Assembly (NCBI RefSeq): GCF_000195755.1
Contig: NC_002937.3
Location: forward strand, 3,420,001-3,452,000
Direction: 5' to 3'
DNA: 32,000 bases
DNA from: Nitratidesulfovibrio vulgaris str. Hildenborough
Lineage (GTDB): Bacteria > Desulfobacterota > Desulfovibrionia > Desulfovibrionales > Desulfovibrionaceae
A program made the position numbers and the translations under genes. Position 1 is the stretch's first letter, and each line of letters starts with the position of its first letter. Of the stretch, positions 1 to 8,190 are shown piece by piece. Below the pieces are notes generated by a model. The model saw only the letters and a program-made list of their open reading frames with translations, searched no databases and was not told the DNA's origin.

Positions 1-1799
1 TCACACTGGTGCTGTCGTGCGTGTTCATCCCCGCATCGTTCATGTCCGGCATCACCGGGCAACTCTACAGGCAATTCGCCCTCGTCATCGCATCGACAGC
101 CCTCGTCAGCGCCCTGCTTGCCGCCACCCTCACCCCGGCACAGTGCGCCCTCTTCCTCAAACCCATCGTGCCGGGTCGCAACGCCTTCTACCGCGGGTTC
201 AACAAGTCCTACGATGCCGTCGAGAACCTGTTCGTCACGATTCTGCGCACCATGGTGCGGCATGCGAAGACCACCATGCTCGTCTTCGTCGGCCTCATCA
301 CGGCCACCTTCTGGGCGTTCACCTCGCTACCCACGGGGTTCCTGCCCGACGAGGACCAGGGCTATGCCCTTGTGGCGGTGCAGCTGCCCGGTGCCGCATC
401 ACAGGCCCGTACGCGCGAGGTGACCACCAGACTCGACGCCATCTTCTCCGAGACGCAGGGGGTCGCAGACTGGATAACCTTTGGCGGCATGTCCATCCTG
501 AACGGCGCCAACACCTCCAACTCCGCCACGGTGTTCGTCATGTACAAGGACTGGAGCGAACGCGGGGCACTCACGCAGGAGAGAATCGTCGCCGACCTGC
601 GTCGCAAGGTCGCGTCCATTCAGGAAGGGATGGTGATTGTCGTGACGCCGCCCCCCATACAGGGACTGGGCAACGCTGGCGGATTCGAAATGATGGTGCA
701 GGACCGGGCGGCGCTGGGGGCCCAGCAACTTGAGACCGTGGCCTACTCGATGATGGCGGCTGCACGGGGACAGTCGGGCCTTGGCAATGTCTCGACGACA
801 TACAACGCCCGCACACCGCAGCTTTTCGTCAACGTGGACCGTACGCAGGTCAAGAACTACGACGTGCAACTCAATGACGTCTTCAGCACGATGCAGTCCT
901 ACCTCGGCTCATCCTATGTCAACGACTTCAACAAGTTCGGAAAGACATATCAGGTCCGGGTGCAGGCAGACAGCCGTTACCGCCTCACCGCAGAGGACAT
1001 CGGTCGCCTCGAAGTGCGCAACGCACAGGGCGGCATGGTGCCTCTGGGCGCGGTGACCGACGTGAAGGATGTCGTCGGACCCGACGTGGTCACCCGCTAC
1101 AATCTCTACCCTGCGGCCTCCCTGATAGGCGCCGCCGCACCGGGATTCAGTTCGGGCCAAGCCCTCGCCCTGATGGAAGACATGGCCCGCAAGACCCTGC
1201 CGCAGTCGATGGGATTCGAATGGACGACCATGGCCTATCAGGAGAAGGCGACGGGCAACGAAGCCTTCGCCGTTTTCGGCTTCGCCGTGCTGCTCGTCTT
1301 TCTCGTGCTGGCGGCCCAGTACGAAAGCTGGTCTGCGCCAGCCGCCATCATCATGGTCGTTCCGCTGGCCCTGCTGGGAACCAGCATCGCCGTTGCGACG
1401 CGTGGCATGGACAACAACGTGTACACCCAGATAGGCATCGTGCTTCTCATCGCACTGGCGAGCAAGAACGCCATCCTCATCGTCGAATTCGCCCGTGAAC
1501 TCCGCCTGCAGAAGGGCATGTCCATTCAGGATGCCGCAGTCGAGGGGGCCCGCGCGAGGTTCCGCCCCATTCTCATGACCTCGTTCGCCTTCATTCTTGG
1601 CGTCGTTCCCCTGCTCACCGCCTCCGGCGCCGGTTCGGCAAGCCAGCGAGCGCTCGGCACGGCGGTCTTCGGAGGCATGCTGGCATCGACATTCCTTGCC
1701 GTGCTCTTCGTCCCGGTCTTCTTCACTGTCATCCAGACCTTGAGCGAAGGCCTTTCGCGTCAATCGTCACCCAGCCAGAAGAACATCAACCACAAGTGA
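1..1799 (+). CDS. RND (HAE1/AcrB-family) efflux permease, C-terminal ~598 aa; the 5' end lies upstream of the window
   Basis: The frame is open from base 3 to the TGA at 1797-1799. The translation shows a periplasmic porter/docking region followed by the C-terminal TM bundle with AcrB-like motifs (GIVLLIALASKNAILIVEFARE, RFRPILMTSFAFILGVVPL). Overlapping ORFs in other frames are Arg/Gly/His-rich shadows. Confidence 0.9.
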   Translation, partial: TLVLSCVFIPASFMSGITGQLYRQFALVIASTALVSALLAATLTPAQCALFLKPIVPGRNAFYRGFNKSYDAVENLFVTILRTMVRHAKTTMLVFVGLITATFWAFTSLPTGFLPDEDQGYALVAVQLPGAASQARTREVTTRLDAIFSETQGVADWITFGGMSILNGANTSNSATVFVMYKDWSERGALTQERIVADLRRKVASIQEGMVIVVTPPPIQGLGNAGGFEMMVQDRAALGAQQLETVAYSMMAAARGQSGLGNVSTTYNARTPQLFVNVDRTQVKNYDVQLNDVFSTMQSYLGSSYVNDFNKFGKTYQVRVQADSRYRLTAEDIGRLEVRNAQGGMVPLGAVTDVKDVVGPDVVTRYNLYPAASLIGAAAPGFSSGQALALMEDMARKTLPQSMGFEWTTMAYQEKATGNEAFAVFGFAVLLVFLVLAAQYESWSAPAAIIMVVPLALLGTSIAVATRGMDNNVYTQIGIVLLIALASKNAILIVEFARELRLQKGMSIQDAAVEGARARFRPILMTSFAFILGVVPLLTASGAGSASQRALGTAVFGGMLASTFLAVLFVPVFFTVIQTLSEGLSRQSSPSQKNINHK

Positions 1800-1806
1800 G
1801 ACGACG

Positions 1807-2487
1807 ATGAACAGGACTGCATACATCGGCTGCGCCCTTCTCATGAGTCTGGCACTTGCACTGACCGCATGCGCCGCCCACAAGATGGAAAGCAAACCTT
1901 CCGGCTTTCTCCGTGACTATCAGGGCCTTTCAAAAGGACGAGATGATCAGGCGGGGCTGATATGGATCAAGCCCGGCATCAAGGCAGGCGACTACGACGG
2001 CATCGTCATCGACAGGGTCCAGACATGGATCAAATCGGATACCACATTCAAGGGTGTAGACGCCAAGGAACTTGATGCCCTCACGACATTCTTCAGCGAT
2101 GCCCTCGTCCGCGAAGTAGGCAAGGTCATGCCCATCGTCGCGAAGCCCGGCCCGAAGACCCTTGTACTGCGTACTGCCATCACGGACATCGTGCCCAGCA
2201 ATCCCGTCACCGGAACACTCTCGTCCATCGTGCCCATCGGCATCGTCGCCTCCGGTGCCACGGCGGCGGTCACCGGCGAACACATCGGCGTTGGCGAGGC
2301 GGCAATCGAGATGGAGTTGCTGGACGGCGCGACGGGCAGCCGCCTTGCAGCTGCGGTAGACCGACGTAGCGGCACGAAGGCACCCTTCCGCGGGTCGCTG
2401 ACCGACGCCGAGGATGCATGCAATTACTGGGCGCAACTCGTCGGCAAACGCCTTGCCGAGTTCAAGAATGGCACGTTGCGCCCATAG
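1807..2487 (+). CDS. Lipoprotein, DUF3313-like
   Basis: It has a signal peptide with a canonical lipobox (LALALTAC). SGFLRDYQGLSK...YDGIVIDRV resembles the DUF3313 lipoprotein family. The start is 8 nt after the pump stop, so the two are probably co-transcribed. Confidence 0.75.
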   Translation: MNRTAYIGCALLMSLALALTACAAHKMESKPSGFLRDYQGLSKGRDDQAGLIWIKPGIKAGDYDGIVIDRVQTWIKSDTTFKGVDAKELDALTTFFSDALVREVGKVMPIVAKPGPKTLVLRTAITDIVPSNPVTGTLSSIVPIGIVASGATAAVTGEHIGVGEAAIEMELLDGATGSRLAAAVDRRSGTKAPFRGSLTDAEDACNYWAQLVGKRLAEFKNGTLRP

Positions 2488-2682
2488 CGCACACGACATG
2501 GAGTCCGGCAACGTCCATAAGGCGGTGCCCCGAAGTGCATGGTGGGTGCAGGACGAGAACAGGCCATCCGCTTGAGCTTCCGTCTGTTCCGCCATGTCCG
2601 CGCCCTGAAACAGCCTTGGGAGAAACGGCTACGGCTAGCTGTCCAACCCTATCAGAAGCCCTCTGAAACCGCCTGAAAGAAC

Positions 2683-2725
2683 GAAGCCCCCGACACCATC
2701 ATGCCGGGGGCTTCTTGCCGTCTTT
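2683..2725 (+). terminator. Hairpin plus T-rich tail, about 200 nt downstream of the lipoprotein stop
   Basis: GAAGCCCCCG (2683-2692) pairs with CGGGGGCTTC (2705-2714) and is followed by TTGCCGTCTTTT. Confidence 0.5.
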
Positions 2726-2775
2726 TCCTGTGCCACTTCGCCTGCGACACAATGCCAAAGCGTTCGTGCGCTTAC

Positions 2776-2800
2776 AGAGCCCCCCGAAAGAGGGCTTTTT
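2776..2800 (+). terminator. Second, weaker plus-strand terminator-like hairpin with a T5 tail
   Basis: AGAGCCC (2776-2782) pairs with GGGCTTT (2792-2798), including one G-T wobble. The loop is CCCGAAAGA and the T run ends at 2800. Confidence 0.35.
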
Positions 2801-2854
2801 GCACTTATTACACGCTGTGGTCTACAAAGGTACACAGAGGTACTCAACAGCACG

Positions 2855-2884
2855 AAAAACGGGTTAGGATATACTCCTAACCCG
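2855..2884 (-). terminator. Rho-independent terminator of tRNA-Phe
   Basis: The minus strand reads CGGGTTAGGA-GTATA-TCCTAACCCG (perfect 10-bp stem) followed by TTTTT, starting 10 nt after the tRNA 3' end. Confidence 0.85.
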
Positions 2885-2894
2885 TTGATTTCCG

Positions 2895-2970
2895 TGGTGC
2901 CGAGGGAGAGAATTGAACTCCCGACACGGGGATTTTCAGTCCCCTGCTCTACCAACTGAGCTACCTCGGC
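2895..2970 (-). tRNA. tRNA-Phe (anticodon GAA), 76 nt with encoded CCA
   Basis: The reverse complement GCCGAGGTAGCTCAGTTGGTAGAGCAGGGGACTGAAAATCCCCGTGTCGGGAGTTCAATTCTCTCCCTCGGCACCA folds by hand into a cloverleaf. It has a 7-bp acceptor stem, a GCTC/GAGC D stem, a GGGGA/TCCCC anticodon stem with loop CTGAAAA, and a T loop TTCAATT. Confidence 0.97.
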
Positions 2971-2983
2971 GTCGCGAAGGCTG

Positions 2984-3012
2984 TGAATAGGCAAAAAGCC
3001 GGAGCTTGGCAA
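2984..3012 (-). promoter_or_regulatory. Putative sigma70-type promoter for tRNA-Phe
   Basis: The minus strand reads TTGCCA (3012-3007), a 17-nt spacer, then TATTCA (2989-2984), ending 13 nt before the mature tRNA 5' end. The -10 hexamer is weak. Confidence 0.35.
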
Positions 3013-3099
3013 GCCTTTTTTTATCCCTGTCCCAAAAAACATGACGGCCCTTGGCGGAATCGCACGAACCCGCCCCGCGCCGCATGCTGTCCAAAGTGG

Positions 3100-3819
3100 T
3101 TACAGCAACATCCGCTTGGCCTGACGCATGGCGTTATGGCAGTCGGACACGAAACGGTAGGCTGCAAGCTGCCTTGGCGTGGCGTCGGCTGCGGGCCTTC
3201 CGGAAGCGGCCCACATGAGCAGTTCGTCCACAGGCGCGTTGACGCTGAACCAGTACCCCTGTTCGGCCGGGACTGTAGCATGGGCGTAATGCCCGAAGAT
3301 GATGCGATCGTCGATGATGATGCAGGGTACGCAGGGCAGGGCGCGCGTCTCGTACACTTCGACAAGCCCTTCATGGCGTACCGCAAGCCGCACGATGAAA
3401 TCCCGCGAGGCAGCGAACTCATGTTCCGTCTCTGCGATGCCCTGACCGGGACGCAGCAGTTGCAGGAATTCATCGAGCCATGCCTTGCGCGAGATGAAGG
3501 GGATGGTGATGATGGAGAGTCGGCCGAAGCCGGGCTGCCCCAAGGCGCAGGAAAGGGCGTCGCAAAGGTCGGGCGACCGCGCGAAGCGGTCGTACAGGGC
3601 AAGGTTGAGGATGATGCGCTTGCGCGCCTCGGCGAGGGCCTGCGGAAGGCTTACGGTATGGATGCCGACGTACACATATCCCCCTTGCTGCTGATGTCCA
3701 GACGCGAAAGACCAAAGCCCCACCGGATTGCGCGCGGCGAACAACAGGGGTCTCCATCCCCGCAACGGGCATGGCACGTTCCGGCGCTGCGCTTCGCGCA
3801 TGGAGCGTAGTCCAACCAT
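3100..3819 (-). CDS. Hypothetical protein of unknown function; start uncertain
   Basis: Codon bias is strongly coding (mostly G/C-ending codons) from about 3675 down to the TAA at 3100-3102. The N-terminal 48 codons are weaker. An alternative GTG start at 3675 is preceded by GGGGGA. The segment LVEVYETRALPCVPCIIIDDRIIFGHYAHA vaguely recalls PLD-fold/DUF5919-type domains, which I could not verify. The antisense ORF 2983..3810 is a shadow. Confidence 0.6.
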   Translation of the reverse strand: MVGLRSMREAQRRNVPCPLRGWRPLLFAARNPVGLWSFASGHQQQGGYVYVGIHTVSLPQALAEARKRIILNLALYDRFARSPDLCDALSCALGQPGFGRLSIITIPFISRKAWLDEFLQLLRPGQGIAETEHEFAASRDFIVRLAVRHEGLVEVYETRALPCVPCIIIDDRIIFGHYAHATVPAEQGYWFSVNAPVDELLMWAASGRPAADATPRQLAAYRFVSDCHNAMRQAKRMLL

Positions 3820-4151
3820 ACGCCTTGTGGCAACACTTCGTTTTTTATGGAAGGACCGGGCCTGACACCCGCCGTCGCCAGCCCCTCCTGCCTTCTGGCG
3901 TCGCAGTCAGTGCCCCCAAAACGGATGGGGTTACCGGGGGGGCAGTGGCACCGACGGGATAGCCACGAACCAGGCAGCCACGGCGGCGACGTACCTTGCG
4001 GGTCTGACGCACGGATATCGCACACTACGACGGTTGCAGCATGCGTCGCCACAAGGGCTTTTCATGCTGGAACACTCCCATGGCACCCCATCGGCAGAGG
4101 CACCATCGCGCTTCCCATGGTCCGCGCCTCTCATGCATTCACGGGAGGGAG

Positions 4152-4691
4152 TCACCACCAGTGCTGCGGGTAGCGCCTGTGCTTCGGGATGTTGTTGATG
4201 ACAAGGGCCACCCCCAGAATGATGAATGCACCGGCACCCACTGGGGCCACGACGTACCCGTACCCGAGGTCGTGGATTGCCGGGCTTCCCGTCACGGCGA
4301 TGAGGGCCGTCGCACCTCCGGGGGGATGGAGTGTGCCCGTCATGTGCATGAGGGCGATGGCCGTACCCACGGCAACCGCAGCCGCAAGCCAGGGTGTGCC
4401 ACCCAGCGCCTGCCACGTGGCCACGCCGACCAATGCTGAAAGCACATGCCCCCCCACGAGGTTGCGCGGCTGTGAAAGAGGGCCCGCAGGCGCACCGTAG
4501 GCCAGCACGGCAGAGGCACCGAACGAACCGATGAGAATCGCACCGTCCGAGGGGGAGGCCAGATGTTCACACAGCCACGCCACGAGTCCGATGCCGCAGA
4601 TGGCCCCGATGAACGACCACGCGGCTTCAAGAGGGTCTGCCGCGCACTGGCTGCGCCCGCAGCCACGCATCTTTCCGAAGTAGTGTCTCAC
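4152..4691 (-). CDS. HPP-family integral membrane protein
   Basis: It carries the signature HPPGGATALIAVTG inside a Gly/Ala-rich 4-TM protein of the usual HPP size (~180 aa). I chose the GTG start at 4691 because AGGAGA lies 4-5 nt upstream (ACAGGAGAGAAC GTG). The track ORF extends to 4784 and an ATG at 4670 is also possible. Confidence 0.8.
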   Translation of the reverse strand: MRHYFGKMRGCGRSQCAADPLEAAWSFIGAICGIGLVAWLCEHLASPSDGAILIGSFGASAVLAYGAPAGPLSQPRNLVGGHVLSALVGVATWQALGGTPWLAAAVAVGTAIALMHMTGTLHPPGGATALIAVTGSPAIHDLGYGYVVAPVGAGAFIILGVALVINNIPKHRRYPQHWW

Positions 4692-5040
4692 GTTCTCTCC
4701 TGTGCTGTTGCCACGCCTTGGATTGCGCAAGGCGCATCCCCGGTTGTGCGCCCCTTGCGCCGGGCATACCGTGACGTGGGTCACAGACGCCGCCTGTCAC
4801 GCGACTTTGCGCCCGAAGAGCGTCCTGCCGCGTGCCGCCCCATGGGGTGCTGGCAGCGATGATACGGGTGGCAGCACCACAGCCGCATGGAGGAACAGGG
4901 TGGCAATAGAGTTCTGTTATCACCACAACATACTGAAAATATTATTTTATTAACATAATACTTGCCACTCGCCGTTCGATTGGTTATCGATTGCGTTTAT
5001 TCTGGGAAAATCGTTTCCTGAACAAGGGAGAACACCGCAT

Positions 5041-6306
5041 ATGACCCGCAAAGACCGCACAGAAGGCATCTACAGCCGCCGTGAAGTGCTCGACGAGAGC
5101 GAGCGCAGGCAATACTACCTCATCCAGCTCAAAGACCTGCTGGCCTACGCCTACCGCTACTCCGAGGACGTGAAGAAGCGTTTCGACCGCGCCCAGTTCA
5201 GCGTGGAGAAGTTCAAGACGCTGTCTGACCTCAAGCACATCCCCATCCTCAAGAAGAAGGAACTCATCTTCCTTCAGTCTATGGGGCCGCGTCTGGGCGG
5301 TCTGCTCACCAAGGACCTTGGCGAGCTCAAGCGCATATTCCTCTCCCCCGGCCCCATATTCGACCCCGAAGACCGCGCCGACGACTACTGGGGCTACACC
5401 GAGGCCTTCTATTCCGTGGGCTTCCGTCCCGGCGACCTGTCGCAGATCACCTTCAACTACCACCTCGCCCCGGCGGGCCTGATGTTCGAAGAGCCTCTGC
5501 GCAACCTCGGCTGCGCCGTGGTGCCCGCGGGCCCCTCCGACGCCAGCACCCAGCTCGACATCATGCAGAAGCTGCGCGTCTCCGGCTACGTGGGCACGCC
5601 CAGCTACCTCATGCACCTCGCCCAGAAGGCAGAGGAGAAGGGCCTCAACCTGCGCAAGGACCTCTTCCTCGAAGTGGCGTTCGTCACCGGCGAACGCCTG
5701 TCCGAGAAGATGCGCGCCCAGCTCGAGAAGAAGTTCGACATGGTCATGCGTCAGGGCTACGGCACCGCCGACGTGGGCTGCATCGGCTACGAATGCTTCC
5801 ACAAGACCGGCCTGCACATCGCCAACCGCTGCTTCGTCGAGATATGCCACCCCGACACCGGCATTCCGCTGAAGGACGGCGAAGTGGGTGAGATCGTCGT
5901 CACCGCCTTCAACAAGACCTATCCGCTCATCCGTCTCGCCACCGGCGACCTGTCGTACATCGACCGCTCGCCCTGCCTCTGCGGGCGCACCAGCCCCCGT
6001 CTCGGCAGCATCGTGGGCCGTGTCGACACCACCGCCCGCATCAAGGGCATGTTCGTCTACCCGCATCAGGTCGAGCAGGTCATGTCGCGTTTCGAAGAGG
6101 TGAAGCGCTGGCAGATCGAAGTCACCAACCCCGGCGGCATCGACGAGATGACCCTGCTCATCGAAGCCAGCAACTTCCGTCGCGAAGACGAGCTGCTCCA
6201 CCAGTTCCGCGAGAAGATCAAGCTGCGCCCCGACCTCAAGATCCTCACGCCCGGCACCCTGCCGCCGCAGATTCGTCCCATCGAGGACAAGCGCGTATGG
6301 GACTAG
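5041..6306 (+). CDS. Phenylacetate-CoA ligase-like adenylate-forming enzyme (PaaK / coenzyme F390 synthetase family, COG1541)
   Basis: The 421-aa size and layout match the PaaK family: an N-terminal helical region, GYVGTPSY, YGTADVG, and GDL...R...GR..D..KI.G near the C-terminus. The RBS GGGAGA lies 8 nt before the ATG. The 405-aa antisense ORF is a shadow. Confidence 0.85.
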   Translation: MTRKDRTEGIYSRREVLDESERRQYYLIQLKDLLAYAYRYSEDVKKRFDRAQFSVEKFKTLSDLKHIPILKKKELIFLQSMGPRLGGLLTKDLGELKRIFLSPGPIFDPEDRADDYWGYTEAFYSVGFRPGDLSQITFNYHLAPAGLMFEEPLRNLGCAVVPAGPSDASTQLDIMQKLRVSGYVGTPSYLMHLAQKAEEKGLNLRKDLFLEVAFVTGERLSEKMRAQLEKKFDMVMRQGYGTADVGCIGYECFHKTGLHIANRCFVEICHPDTGIPLKDGEVGEIVVTAFNKTYPLIRLATGDLSYIDRSPCLCGRTSPRLGSIVGRVDTTARIKGMFVYPHQVEQVMSRFEEVKRWQIEVTNPGGIDEMTLLIEASNFRREDELLHQFREKIKLRPDLKILTPGTLPPQIRPIEDKRVWD

Positions 6307-7661
6307 CGGCCCGTTGCGCCCTGATTCTCTGCCTGTTCATGCTGACAGGCGGCTGCTCCCTTGCGGGGCGGCCGCCTGCGGCATCGCACGGAGTCGTGCC
6401 TGTGGCCTCGCCGCAGGATGACGTGCCGCGCGCCGGACAGGTCTCCGCCGCTACGGCTGCTGCCGTTCCGGTGGGGAGTTTCGTGCAGGGCGACGGTTCG
6501 CTGATTGCATCTTCCGATGTCGTGCGCCGCCTCGCCGGGGCCGACTACATCCTCGTGGGCGAGTCGCACACCTCGCCGTGCGACCACCGTCAGCAGGCGC
6601 GCCTGTTGCGCCTGCTGACGGACGCGGGCCTTCGCCCGGTCGTCGGGCTGGAGATGCTGCCCACCGCCACCAACCCCGCGCTGTGGCGTCTTTCGGCCGG
6701 CAGCCTCGGCATCGACGCCCTGCCCGACGCCGTGGACTGGCGCACCAACTGGGGCTACGATTTCGCACTGTACCGCCCCGTCTTCGAGGTCATCGCCTCT
6801 GCGGGGCTACCGGTGCGCGGCCTCAACCTGCCCGCCGGACTCGCCCGCAAGGCGGGCCGTGAAGGGCTGGAAGGCCTGCCGCCCGCAGAACGCGCCCTCA
6901 TCCCGTCCGTGGTCATGCCTCCTTCTGAAGGGCAGCGCGCGACGCTGGAAGAGGTCTTCCGCGAGCACATGACCATGCGCGAGATGCGCAAGCCCGGTGG
7001 CGCCACCTCCGCCACAGGCGCAGCCTCTTCGACCGGAATGCCCTCGGGTACTGCCGCCACCGCGGGAATGCCCACGGAAACAGTGCAGGCGGCAGCCCCC
7101 GCAGCCCCGGAACAGACCATGCCGGAGGCCATGCGCCGGGCATTCGACAGCTTCATGCTCGTCCAGTCGGTCTGGGATGCGACCATGGCCTACGAAGCTG
7201 TGCGCGCCCGCATCGACATCGGCGGCCCGGTCTACATCCTTGCGGGTGGCGGGCATGTCGAATACGGTTGGGGCATCGCACGGCGTCTGCGGGGTTTCGA
7301 CCCCACCGCGCGCATCGTGCTTGTCCATCCATGGCGAGGAGACGGCACGCCAGACCCGGCACAGGCCGACATATTCTTCAGATGCGACGCAGCCCCGCCA
7401 AGGCTGGGCCTCGCCTTCACCTTCGATGACGGACGTGTCCGCATCGCAGAGGTGCTGCCCGGTTCACCCGCCGCCGCTGCGGGCTTCTTGCCCGGCGATG
7501 TGGTGCTGACCGCTGGCGGACGCACCGTGGATTCACCCAAGGTGCTGCACGAGGCCGGGTCTGCGGCTGCGGCTTCCGGCGCATCCATCGTCTTCACCGT
7601 GCTGCGCGACGGCGCGTCGCACACCATCACCGTCCCCGGCCGTGCCGGGGCGAAACCCTGA
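6297..7661 (+). CDS. Secreted or lipoprotein-like protein with a ChaN-like (haem-binding/Tiki superfamily) domain and a C-terminal PDZ domain
   Basis: It has a signal peptide (ALILCLFMLTGGC, a non-canonical lipobox). ADYILVGESHTSPCDHRQQARLLRLL is the ChaN/Cofac_haem_bdg signature. The C-terminal VLPGSPAAAAGFLPGDVVLTAGGRTV is a PDZ motif. The ATG overlaps the upstream stop by 10 nt and GAGGA lies 9 nt upstream. Confidence 0.8.
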   Translation: MGLAARCALILCLFMLTGGCSLAGRPPAASHGVVPVASPQDDVPRAGQVSAATAAAVPVGSFVQGDGSLIASSDVVRRLAGADYILVGESHTSPCDHRQQARLLRLLTDAGLRPVVGLEMLPTATNPALWRLSAGSLGIDALPDAVDWRTNWGYDFALYRPVFEVIASAGLPVRGLNLPAGLARKAGREGLEGLPPAERALIPSVVMPPSEGQRATLEEVFREHMTMREMRKPGGATSATGAASSTGMPSGTAATAGMPTETVQAAAPAAPEQTMPEAMRRAFDSFMLVQSVWDATMAYEAVRARIDIGGPVYILAGGGHVEYGWGIARRLRGFDPTARIVLVHPWRGDGTPDPAQADIFFRCDAAPPRLGLAFTFDDGRVRIAEVLPGSPAAAAGFLPGDVVLTAGGRTVDSPKVLHEAGSAAAASGASIVFTVLRDGASHTITVPGRAGAKP

Positions 7662-7696
7662 CCCCCGAGACCTCCACTCATCCTCAGGAGCCCGAC

Positions 7697-8095
7697 GTGC
7701 TCTATCCCGCACTCCTCTCGCCCGAAGGCGAGGATGCCTATACCGTTGTCTTCCCTGACTTTCCCGACTGCGAAGCCACGGCAGACACCCTTTGCGAAGT
7801 CTACGGGCTCGCTGAAGAAGTGCTCGCCGAACACGTTCGCGGCCTCATCGGTCGTGGTGGCACGCCCCCCGAACCCACGACCCCGGACAGGGTAGATGGA
7901 CTGGGGGCACCGGGCGTAGCCCTGCTGATGGTGCCCGTGCGTCTCGAACCACGCCGCAACGTCAAGGTGACGCTGACCATCAGCGAAGACGAAAAGGAAC
8001 TGCTCGACCGTCTCGCGCATGAATGGGACATGAGCCGTTCGTCACTGGTGGTGACGGCACTGCATGACATGTGCAACCGCATGGGCTGCGACTAG
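7697..8095 (+). CDS. HicB-like antitoxin-fold protein with a C-terminal ribbon-helix-helix (CopG-like) domain
   Basis: The N-terminus MLYPALLSPEGEDAYTVVFPDFPDCEATADTLCEVYGLAEEVLAEHV fits the HicB_lk_antitox pattern. The C-terminus KVTLTISEDEKELLDRLAHEWDMSRSSLVVTAL fits an RHH. The start is GTG, with AGGAG 8 nt upstream. Confidence 0.75.
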   Translation: MLYPALLSPEGEDAYTVVFPDFPDCEATADTLCEVYGLAEEVLAEHVRGLIGRGGTPPEPTTPDRVDGLGAPGVALLMVPVRLEPRRNVKVTLTISEDEKELLDRLAHEWDMSRSSLVVTALHDMCNRMGCD

Positions 8096-8190
8096 GAACG
8101 CACACCTGCACAAGCCGAGGGTAGCGCGGCGCAGCAGGCATAGCCCCTCAGCACCGACAACACACCGACCCCAGTGACGGAGAACAGGTC

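Noticed and set aside
2983-3810. 275-aa plus-strand ORF opposite the hypothetical gene at 3100-3819
   Set aside because: The minus-strand frame has the stronger third-position G/C bias and a hydrophobic-core-like sequence. The plus-strand product is Arg/Gly/Pro/Ala-rich and would begin inside the tRNA-Phe promoter region.
4984-6201. 405-aa minus-strand ORF antisense to the PaaK-like gene
   Set aside because: The translation is Ala/Gly/Val/Glu/His-rich with no motifs. It exactly mirrors a well-supported plus-strand gene and is a typical GC-rich shadow ORF.
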